Origin: Squalus acanthias
Lineage: Eukaryota
Length of the DNA stretch: 64,000 nt
Direction: 5' to 3'
NCBI GenBank assembly: GCA_030390025.1
Contig: CM059431.1
Coordinates: forward strand, 120,158,001-120,222,000
Below the pieces are notes generated by a model that saw only the letters and a program-made list of their open reading frames with translations, was not told the origin of the DNA and made no database searches. Positions 32,755 through 43,412 of the stretch are shown piece after piece (positions within the stretch are counted from its first letter, which is position 1; each line of letters opens with the position of its first letter). The position numbers and the translations under genes are program-made.

Positions 32755-35700
32755 TGGGGACAATAGCATAGTGGTTCTGTAACTGGACGAGTAATCCTAA
32801 AGGCCTGTACTAATAATCTGGATAGTTGTGAATTCAAATCCCACCACGGCAGCTGGGGAATTTAAATTCAATTAAATAAATCTGGAATGAAAAAGCAAGT
32901 ATCAGTAATGGTGACCATGAAACTATTGGATTGTTGTAAAAACCCATCTGGTTCACTAATATCCAGATTAGGAAATCTGTTGTCCTTACCTATATGTGAC
33001 TCCAGACCCACAGCAATGTTGTTGACTCGTAATTGCCCTCTGAAATGGCCTTGCAAGCCACTCAGTTGTAAAAAAAATGCTACAAAAAACAATAAGAATA
33101 AAACCGGACGGACCACTCGGCACCGACCATGTGGACACAACATAGTCATACTCACAAAATCATACCTTTCAGCCAATGTCCCAAACTCCCCCATCACCAT
33201 CCCTGGGTGTGTCACCCACCAGGGGTGGCGGCATAGTGGTATACAGTCGGGAAGGAGTGGCCCTGGGAGTCCTCAACATTGACTCCTGACCCCATGAAGT
33301 CTCACCACAGTACTCCTCTAAGTTGAACACCACTTGGAAGAAGCACTGACAGTAGCAAGGGCACAGAATGCACTCTGGGTGGGGGACTTCAATGTCCATC
33401 ATCAAGAGTGGCTCGGTAGCACCACGACCGGCTGAGTCCTGAAGGACATAGCTGCCAGTCTGGGCCTGCAACAGGTGGTGAGAGAACCAACATGAGGGAA
33501 AAACCTACTTGACCTTGTCCTCACCAATCTACCTGTCACAGATGCATCTGTCCATGACAGTATTGGTGGCAGTGACCACCGCACAGTCATTGTGGAGACG
33601 AGGTCCTTTCTTCATACTGAGGACACACTCCATCGTGTTGTGTGGCACTACCACCAGGCTAAATGGGATAGATTCAGAACAGATCTAGCAGCTCAAAACT
33701 GGGCATCCATGAGGTGCTGTGGGTCATCAACAGCAGCAGAATTGAAATCCACCACAATCTGTAACCTCATGGCCCGGCATATACGCCACTCTACCATTAC
33801 CATCAAGCCAGGGGACCAGCCCTGGTTCAATAAGGAGTGAAGAAGAGCATGCCAGGAACAGCAGAAGGTGTACCTAAAAATACGGTGCCAACTTGGGGAA
33901 GCTGCAACACAGGACTACATGAATGCTAAAAAGCAGAAGCAGCATGCTATAGTCAGGGCTAAGTGATCCCACAATCAATGGATCAGATCAAAGCTCTGCA
34001 GTCCTGCCACATCCAGTCGTGAATGGTGGTGGATCATTAAACAACTAATGGGAGGAGGAGGCTCCATGAATATCCCCATCCTCAATGATGGTGGAGCCCA
34101 GCACGTGAGTGCAAAAGACAAAGCTGAAGCATTTGCAACCATCTTCAGCCAGAAGTGCCGAGTGAATGATTCATATTGGCCTCCTCCTGAGGTCCCCACC
34201 ATCACAGCAGCCAGTCTTCAGCCAATTCGATTCACTCCACGCGATATCAAGAAATGGCTGAGCGCACTGGACACAGCAAAGGCTGTGGGCCCCGACAACA
34301 TCCAAGCTGTTGTGCTCCAGAACTAGCCAAGCTGTTCCAGTACAGCTATAACATCGGCATCTATCTGACAATGTGGAAAACTGCCCAGGTATTTCCTGTC
34401 CACGAAAAGCAGGACAAGTCCAATCCGACCAATTACCGCCCCATCAGTCTACTCTCAATCATTAGCAAAGTGATGGAAGGTGTCGTCGACTGTGCTATCA
34501 AGCAACACTTACTCACCAATAACCTGCTCACTGATGCCCAGTTTGGATTCTGCCAGGACCACTCGGCTCCAGACCTCATTACAACCTTGGTCCAAACATG
34601 GACAAAAGAGCTGAATTCCAGAGGTGAGGTGAGAGTGACTGCCCTTGACATCAAGGCAGCATTTGACTGAGTGTGGCATCAAGGAGCCCTAGTAAAACTG
34701 AAGTCAATGGGAATCGGGGGGAATAATCTCCACTGGCTGGAGTCACACCTAGCACAAAGGAAGATGGTTCTGGTGGTTGGAGGTCAATCATCACAGCCCC
34801 AGGACATCGCTGCAGGAGTTCCTAAGGGCAGTGTCCTAGGCCCAACCATCTTTAGCTGCTTCATCAATGACCTTCCCTCCATCATCAGGTCAGAAGTGGG
34901 GATGTTCGCTGATGACTGCACAGTATTCAGTGCCATTCACAACTCCTCTGATAATGAAGCAGTCCATGCCTGCATGCAGCAAGACCGGGATGACATTCGG
35001 GCTTGGGCTGATAAGTGGCAGGTAACATTCACGCCACACAAGTGCCAGGCAATGACTATCTCCAACAAGCGAGCGCCTAACCACCGCCCCTTGACATTCA
35101 ACGGCATTACCATCGCCGAATCCCCCACCATCAATATCCTGGAGGTCACCATTGACCAGAAACTTAACTGGACCAGCCACATAAATACTGTGGCAAAAAG
35201 AGCAGTTCAGAGGCTGGGTATTCTGCAGCAAGCGTCTCACCTCCTGACTCCCCAAAGCCTTTCCACCATCTACAAGTCAGGAGTGTGATGGAATACTCTC
35301 CACTTGCCTGGGTGAGTGCAGCTCCAACAACACTCAAGAAGCTCGACACCATCCAAGACAAAGCAGCCCACTTGATTGGCACCCCATCCACCAACTTAAA
35401 CATTCACTCCCTCCACCACCAGCATACTGTGGCTGCAGTGTGTACCATCTACAAGATGCACTGCAGCAACTCACCAAGGCTTCTTCGGCAGCACCTCCCA
35501 AACCTGTGACCTCTACCACCTTGAAGGACAAGGGCAGCAGGTGCATGGGAACACCACCACCTCCAAGTTCCCCTCCAAGTCACACACCATCCTGATTTAG
35601 AAGTATATCGCTGATCCTTCATCGTCGCTGGGTCAAAATCTAGGAACTCCCTCTCTAACAGCACTGTGGTAGTACCTTCACCACACGGACTGCAGCCGTT

Positions 35701-35800
35701 CAAGAAGGCGGCTCACCACCACCTTCTCAAGGGAAATTAGGGATGGGCAATAAATGCTGGCCTTGCCAACGATGCCCACATGAACAAATTTTAAAAAAAT
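32755..35800 (+). mobile_element. Near-full-length degenerate non-LTR retrotransposon (APE endonuclease + RT; CR1/L2-related group)
   Basis: GDFNVHH and SDH endonuclease motifs, NYRPISLLS, LDIKAAFD, GVPKGSVLGP, FADD. Multiple stops and frameshifts. A-rich tail at about 35790. Confidence 0.88.
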
Positions 35801-36648
35801 AGAAAAACTCCCATAAGTGCATTATAAATAATGTCACAAAGCAAATAGGTCCATAATTGAGGGTGATTGATTCCTCAAATCAGTGGTTATATACAAAAAG
35901 AAGGATGGATTGAAACTTCATTAATCTGGTCAGGACAGTGTTTACAGAATAGGAAGTAACTGCATGATGTCACTGATTGACTCCTGAACTTTTGTTTAAA
36001 GTAAAGTCACTGTGCCTGTAAAACTTTCAAAATATGCACACAAATGAAGAAAATTATAAAATATAGCATAACAGGCTCATAAAACTGAGAAAAAGCAAGC
36101 AAAGGTGAAGAAAAGAAATTTGGATTAATTTACAGTTGGATTTAAATAACCTCCTAAATTTAGATTTTAAATCCTAATCACATTTAATACACAGGCGTAT
36201 TGAAGGAATTCCCCGCAGTGAATCATTGCCCCACATGGAGTCATATTGAGCCATACAGACCAGGAAGATTCCAAATTTAATCCTGGATCTGTAATCTGAC
36301 TGATCTCATCCAGGGTAGTACCGGAACACTAATATGGGCTTCAGCATCGCTGCACTTTAAAGGGATAAATCAGCCCTGATTCACACAATTAACTGCCATC
36401 AAGTGATTCATGTTCAAAAAGGTCTATTTGTGGATGTACAGAGAGGACAGTTTCAGGTTCAGTGTGATGCTCCCATGTTCAAATAGACTGTCTTTGAGAT
36501 GAAAAATGGCCACTTTAGCAAGATACTGGAGGGCTGTCAGAGCCCATTGAACTATACCACAGCATGGATTAGTGCTCCCAGGAGTGAGGCGAGTTGGAAA
36601 ACTGGAAAAAACATTGAAAAATGCACTTCCATACATTGAAAAGATTCT

Positions 36649-37400
36649 AGGGTAGAGTTTCTGCTTTGGACGCCATTGGCGATCTGGGGGAAAATTGCGC
36701 TCGAAATTGCGCCAGTTTTCAGAAGTGATGTTTTTGATCAGGTTTCCGCTCAAACTCATTAGCATATCGGCATATGTAAAATCTGCCATGAGCCAGCGCA
36801 ATCCGGTAGCGTTTTAGAATGTCATTTTAAAAGAAAAAAACTGGCATTAAAAATATTCCTTGATATATTTAAGAGTGGCAACCTGGTGCAGATTTATTAA
36901 TGCAGCTGAAAATGGGTTTATCACAAAAAGTAAGCATTTTTAACCAGATTGTCTAGTGCCCCATCTGTGAGTAACTTGATTTTAAGTAACTGAATATGTC
37001 TTTTAAAAAATATACAGAACTATTTACTAGTTTCATTGGTGTACAGGACTCAATTTCTTAGTAAGTTATTGTTTTAATATTTAAAAGCTTTTAAAAGGTG
37101 CCTATTGGTGTCCTCGCCCTGAAAAAAACAGCTTAAACGTAAGACCCTCCTTGAAGGCCTGCAAACAGGCGCAATTAGTGGAAAATCGCCATGGTGATTC
37201 GTTCTGGGGGTGTGTCCAGTTTTGTGGGCGGGGCCAGCCTCTAGCCCAATTTTTTTTCAATTAGTGCAATAGATCGCAGAAACTCGATTTGCGCTGGATA
37301 TAATTTGCACTTGAAATTCCCTGATCTTTTGCACTGGTTTGACTGATTTTGGGCGAATTTGGCTGAAAAAACCAGCGCAACCTCGTGAACATTCTAGGCC
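36649..37400. mobile_element. MITE-like element, relative of 31005-31733
   Basis: Colinear similarity over about 700 bp. Confidence 0.65.
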
Positions 37401-37986
37401 CTTAAGTGTAATTGGCACTGGAAAAATTAGCTTTATATTCAGCAATTTCACTATGATAACAGTAGTGCAGGTGTGATTTCAGGTGCCATTGTAGCTCAGA
37501 AATAAATACAGGTGATGCAGATGACCAGATATGATTAGTGAATCCCAAATGTTTTCAGCCTAACTTGAAAAATCATAGTTGGCAGGACCAATATGCTCAT
37601 TTACTGTTACAGCCATGAAGATTTGATATCAACAAGAAAGCCTTTAGCTGATAGCCTCAAACTGTCCAACAACTAAGGATGATGCAAAATAGGAGACATT
37701 AGTAATAATATCGGATGCATCAAATACACTGACTCAGAGCTTTTTCACCACTGTTGTTACTGCTCACAAGTTCTTGTTTTTATTTTTTCATTAGTGCTGA
37801 CTCTTGCTATTTTCATGAACAATGCAAAACCACTTCATCTTGACAATCCCACATATTGGACACCTACTGCAATTGCTGTGCTTGGACCAGAACTTCCAAA
37901 TGTTGATATCTTAATCATCCATAACCACATAATTATTGGAAAAAGTTAGAGATGTAACAGATTTTAAGCAAGTGCAAGGGGCAGGG

Positions 37987-38619
37987 AAACCTGCTGACAA
38001 GGGTGGCATTGTTGTTGTTTGGCGAACTGAACTCTACCTTGTGGAGGCTGAACGCTAAGTCTCTGACGCCTCCTCCTCCCTCCCCCTGAACCATGACCCC
38101 ACTACCAAACATCAAGCCATCGTTTCCAAGACTGTCACTGATCTCATCGCCTCTGGAGATCTTCCCTCCATGGCTGGCAACCTCATAGTTCCCGAATCCT
38201 GCACGGCCCGCTTCTACCTCCTTACCCAGATCCACAAACCAGACTACCCTGGTAGACCCATCGTTTTAGCCTGTTCTTGCCCCACAGAACTGATTTCTTC
38301 CTATCTTGACTCTATTTTATTTCTCCTCTTATCCAGTCTCATCCCACCTACATCCGCCACTCTTTTGACACCCTCCGCCACTTTAACAATTTCTAGTTTC
38401 CTGGCCCCAACCATCTCCTTTTCACTATGGACGCCCAATTACTCTACACCTCCCACCAGGACGGCCTGAGGGCGCTCCACTTCTTTTTTGAACAGAGGCC
38501 CAACCAGTCCCCATCCACCACCATCCTCCTCCGCCTGGCTGAACTTGTTTTGACATTGAAAAACTTCTCCTTTGACACCACTCACTTTCTCCAATTAAAG
38601 ATGTTGCTATGGGAACCCA
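37987..38619 (+). mobile_element. Penelope-like element, RT 5' part (split by copy B)
   Basis: PADKGG, ARFYLLTQIHK, GRPIV motifs; runs up to AMGT at the LTR boundary. Confidence 0.85.
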
Positions 38620-40329
38620 TGTAAGGGATTCCTGACCCTGCGTGTCTCGCAGCCTGTGAGATTCACGCGGCTCTGTGCAGCCTGTATGTCAGTGCGGGTC
38701 TAGGCCTGGTCTCCAGCCAGTCTGGGAACACTAGACACACCTGCGAGTGGTTCGAATCACTCTCCCTTACGGTTCTAGACACTGGACTTAGATGCGAGAG
38801 CAGTAATGGAGATAAAACTCATGTAGACTTGGTTTGAATGGTACGAAATGGAAAATCTTTATTGCATGATACTTAAAATTATGAAATACATGTCATAAGC
38901 ACAGATTAATGACAGTACAATCTTACAAACAGTTATATAGTCGATCTTAGGGAAACGAGGAACGAACGGCACAAAGTAAATAGGGGCACACATTACAAAT
39001 ATCCTTAATCCTTAAACCCTCCCCTATCAATATCTATCCTAAACTAGATTCGTAGGATCTTGAGACTCATGCTCACCACTCGTGATAACTCGGAGAAATT
39101 CCGAATAGCTGATCGGATGTTTTTCACCGCAGCACCCACGTGTCGGTCAGGAGATCTCCTGGTCCCACTTGTTTACTTGCTTCTGCTGCTCCGGCTAGCA
39201 GGCTGGACCGTCTGCTGTGATGAAGACCTGTGTTGGTTGGCTTAACAGGTACTCTTGGAGCACAGTTGTCAATATCATCGATACGATGTGTTTTCACGTT
39301 CCAATCTCCTTGGACACAGTCCCGTTATCGTCGATGCAATATGTTTTGTTAAAAGTTCAAAAGAGAAATCTTCCTGGCGAGGAAAACTTGGCTAATCGAC
39401 CTACAGGCGCGGTCGGGATTTACTGACCGTGGCGATGGATATGGTCTTCCTCTCTTCTCATCTCATCTCATCTCATCTCATCTCATCTCGGGCCTTTGGT
39501 TCCGCTGCCAGTTACCAACATAGGTCTTCGTTACGCGACACGAGGTAGATCCGAACGGATCAGAAAGTTCAACAGTCTTTTCAGAAGAGGCAACAGGCAA
39601 GCAGAAGCCCAACTACGAGTACACAGGAGCAGCCACGAGGTTACGAATCGACCGGATAAAGGCACAGGAGCAAGCGAGCGAATGCAAGAGCAAGAGAGAG
39701 AATGGACGGTTTGGAGCCTGCAATTATAGTGCAAAAATCTTCCGTTTCCCGCCCAACTATAATGTCCATTCTTTTGTTTAGGGTTTGGCGCCCAAATGTC
39801 TTGTATGGGTGATCTCCGTTCTTAATGGGTTTCGGGGCTACTCGTAAATGTCTGAGTACCTGTTAATATTTCTCCCATTGTTAAATCGGTCGGTGTTCTC
39901 CCTGGAGGGGTTTGGGGCTTCCAAGTGTCCTGTATAACTACCTGCTAACGGCTCTCTCATCGTAGAGTCGTTGGGATTTTACATATTAATGTCTTTTGGA
40001 TGGGCCCTTGAGTACTCGGTACAATGGCTTTCCTTTGTACCTGGGAGACCGATTCCAGTATCTATGTTTATACTGCAAACCCATAATGTCTCGTGTATTA
40101 TCTTCACTGTGCTGAATCGTAATCGATCTTGCACAAATGTTTATTGGAACGCCATCTTGTCTGCCTGTTGAAAAGTCTAGAATGTTCTGTCACGAGGTGC
40201 GGCGGCCATTTTACAGGCTGCTTGTGTCCAATTTAAACCTGCCAGCATTCTGCTGAAATAAAAGCTGTTTGAACGAAACTTTGTGTTTTCTCCTTATTAA
40301 TCACATCGCGATATATTGCGAATTCTACA
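38620..40329 (-). repeat. 3' LTR of copy B (1710 bp)
   Basis: Direct repeat of 49753-51475 apart from a 13-bp deletion near 38707 and two substitutions seen by eye. Confidence 0.97.
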
Positions 40330-40340
40330 GTCCCTCCTGT
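40330..40340 (-). promoter_or_regulatory. Polypurine tract ACAGGAGGGAC
   Basis: Directly abuts the 3' LTR. Confidence 0.7.
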
Positions 40341-40771
40341 TGATGCGAATAACTCCGCTTATCGTATCAAAAATCATAGTGGTGAGCAATATTATCTCGA
40401 TTTCTCTCCGAATCCAGTAAATTAATCCCATAATTTTTAACTTATCTAGGGTCTCTGTGTCGTCCTTATTTCCCAAGAAAATTACATTTTACATCACCGT
40501 AGGCATTATTTGCCCTTAAACTTACACCACTTGTTTTCCTTCCCGGCGTAACCAGGCCGATACCTCTCGTATCACCTGTATATTTGTCTTTTATTCAGGG
40601 AAAGGAAAAAACAAAACCCAAAACCAAACAATCAACACCATCACCAAAATAATCAAAACCCCAACTCTTAAAACATGTCGAGTTCCCAACGTATTTACAA
40701 TCTCTGAAAATCTTATATGAGTACAAACTTCCGCGGCGCACGCGGCGAGCGGGAGTGACGCCATTTTCCGA

Positions 40772-43123
40772 TTACACGGTGCTCTCATCGTGCACGCGCA
40801 CGTAACGTTCTCGCCACTCTCCCGTGTTTTCATGCTTGGTGAGGCGTTTGTCTCTTTTACAATGTATGACCAATAGGTACACTACAATAAACACTTGACA
40901 TACGACTAAAATGTGGGAGGCTATTCTGATCCATGAAGGCACTTCAATATTAGTGAACAGATTCCACCACGGTGGAACTACTATGTCCAAAATGTCTGTT
41001 CCTATTTCGACAGTTTTCTGCTCTAATGTATAAAAATGTTTCTGTGATACCGCGACGGCTTTCAGAAGTTTGGTTAAGTGTTCAGGGAGAGGGGGAATGA
41101 GGTATCCAAAATGCGCGACAAATCGCTGCAAGTCGGTGAAATTCTCTTTTACTGTGAGATGAACAGTGGATGGTTCAGGGATTGGGATGATTCGCTGTTG
41201 TGCTACTTGAACTTCAGCCCTGGGTTTAAAACAGAAACTGCTGTCACTCACCGGACACCGGCTACGGTTTCCATGCTGGTAGTGTTGCGCTGCAGTGGTA
41301 ACACAATATGTTCCACCCCCGATGTATGCTACCTGCGGAGGCACATGATCTTGTGCCATTGCCTCCATGGTGCAATTCATGGACTTGGCGCCAGCCGTTC
41401 TGAACCCGCACTGTGGTGTTAAAAAGGCATTCAAGTGCTGGGGGCACAGTATTATGTGTGCTCCCCTGCCACGACAACCAGAGAGATCTGTACCTGTCAT
41501 CGTTTGCTCCCAGCGGATGACGTAAGGTGGAACCGCTGCATAACGAATGTGGGCTCCCCCCTGAATGACACCAATGTTCTCTACCCGATATACCGGGGCG
41601 GGCTTTGCTGTGTCGCCCAAAACCGGCATGCGTAATACTATTCCCATAATAGTATGGTTTGATCGTCCGCAGTCCACGGGGACTGGGTAAGCTTCTGAAG
41701 CTAGCCTGAGCTGGCACGGACTTAATGCGTTCTGAAAAGGGTGGAGCGCCCGTAGGTGTTTGTTACTTATCCAGGACGGAACCAAACCTTGTTTTAAATC
41801 CTCCAAATTACTGCGGCCCTCGCCCAGTAACCACGCCCCGTAAAGCACGCACACCTCGTTCTGCGCAGCTTGATCGGATGCATTCCGATCTTCCCTGATC
41901 AGGGCATTTACCGTACGCGCATGTTTCTCCAGCTCTGCTATAATTTCCTTTAAATGGAGAGTCATGGCTTGGTCCTCGTGTAGACCTGACCCTACCACTT
42001 TATTCTCATCTGTTAAAATGTCTTTTAACTGTGTCTTTAAACCATTAATCTGGGTCTGCAGCTCCACACTGTCTAGAGCGTTGACCACAGATGTACCTGT
42101 GTTAAAAGCAGTGAACGCATCGTTCACCAAACCCCTTCTTTGCCTCCCTACTTGATCCAAAACTTCCTGTGGTGCGGTGTACAAACTTGTTTTATCAATT
42201 TCTGCAAAATCGAATTCGTAAAATTGTCTGAACATCTTGGTCAACAGGACCTGGTACAACTGTTCCGTCTTTTTGGGGCACCATTCTGGTAACCGCACCT
42301 CGGTGAGATTTAAAATCACCGAGGCCACCGCGTAATGTACCCCCTGAAATAGTATCTGGTCTGTGGGGACCAGTACCAAACCATTCCCGGGTCCCTTACT
42401 AGTTTTTGGGCACCCTTCTTCCTCAGCTAGAACCACCGGAATCGTGGGCGGGGCTTTGCGTGGGCGCGTAATGAGTTCAGTGGCATTTACTGGGATCGGG
42501 GAGAATGGGGCTCCGCACCCCCTGGTGCTCGCATCCCACCTCATCCCCTGTCCGTTATCCTGCCATTGATTAATAAAAAATATGGAGATGCCTTTGGGGC
42601 AAACGTACTTTGACCCCCACATACATACATAAATTCCCTCATCCGGTTCCCACCATTTGTCCCAACAGACTTTCACTTGTCCGTCTGTCCCCGTAATTGT
42701 CCGATGGGTATTATTACCCAGTCGTTCCCACTCGACCGAAGAGTTCCTCATAGTTTTGCTCAGCTTTCGTAGCCACCACCATCGGCTCAATGGGACATTC
42801 CCACTACAAGTCAAACAAATCCGTTTGCCGACGGTGACGCTGATCCTGGGTGCGATGATCCTTACTTTGGGGCACAGTAAAGAAGTCTCTTTGTAGGCAA
42901 ACCCCGAGGTGCTAGAATACTCCGTTGAGTTCGTTCCCAGCCATCCTGGCCACCTTCCCTTGTGGAAATAGGTGCTGGTCCCCTCTGCCTTCCGTCTTCC
43001 GGTCCCATCCACCGCGATGGGGGCCGTGTCCCCGGAACATCCAAACACCACGACATCCTTGGTGCGGCCTCGATAGGCCAATCCACATCCGATTGCCACG
43101 AGCAATACTAGAATTCGTTCCAT
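40772..43123 (-). CDS. env: Env glycoprotein, 783 aa (signal peptide, Ig-like domain, F-like class I fusogen, TM)
   Basis: Intact ORF with the same motifs as 3206-5557; about 27 amino-acid differences by manual count. Confidence 0.9.
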   Translation of the reverse strand: MERILVLLVAIGCGLAYRGRTKDVVVFGCSGDTAPIAVDGTGRRKAEGTSTYFHKGRWPGWLGTNSTEYSSTSGFAYKETSLLCPKVRIIAPRISVTVGKRICLTCSGNVPLSRWWWLRKLSKTMRNSSVEWERLGNNTHRTITGTDGQVKVCWDKWWEPDEGIYVCMWGSKYVCPKGISIFFINQWQDNGQGMRWDASTRGCGAPFSPIPVNATELITRPRKAPPTIPVVLAEEEGCPKTSKGPGNGLVLVPTDQILFQGVHYAVASVILNLTEVRLPEWCPKKTEQLYQVLLTKMFRQFYEFDFAEIDKTSLYTAPQEVLDQVGRQRRGLVNDAFTAFNTGTSVVNALDSVELQTQINGLKTQLKDILTDENKVVGSGLHEDQAMTLHLKEIIAELEKHARTVNALIREDRNASDQAAQNEVCVLYGAWLLGEGRSNLEDLKQGLVPSWISNKHLRALHPFQNALSPCQLRLASEAYPVPVDCGRSNHTIMGIVLRMPVLGDTAKPAPVYRVENIGVIQGGAHIRYAAVPPYVIRWEQTMTGTDLSGCRGRGAHIILCPQHLNAFLTPQCGFRTAGAKSMNCTMEAMAQDHVPPQVAYIGGGTYCVTTAAQHYQHGNRSRCPVSDSSFCFKPRAEVQVAQQRIIPIPEPSTVHLTVKENFTDLQRFVAHFGYLIPPLPEHLTKLLKAVAVSQKHFYTLEQKTVEIGTDILDIVVPPWWNLFTNIEVPSWIRIASHILVVCQVFIVVYLLVIHCKRDKRLTKHENTGEWRERYVRVHDESTV

Positions 43124-43412
43124 CCTTCCTTGGTTCCTGTGATCAGATAGAATGAGGTAGCCAGCCTCGCAAGAGTCTCTGGCTTTTGTGAAGGGTGAGC
43201 GGGTCCCCTGACCTCGCCTCACGTAAACTTCAACGTTTGCTGAATAAACTTCCACTAAACCTATCTTTAAAAACTCCCATCATTTTATCGTTTTCTGTTA
43301 AAAACACTACAAACTTAGCCTTATTAAAAAAAACTATAAACTTAACCTTGAACTATAAACTTAAAACTTAACTTCTTACTATACAGTGCCGCCCGTTCTC
43401 AGGGCGGCCCCT

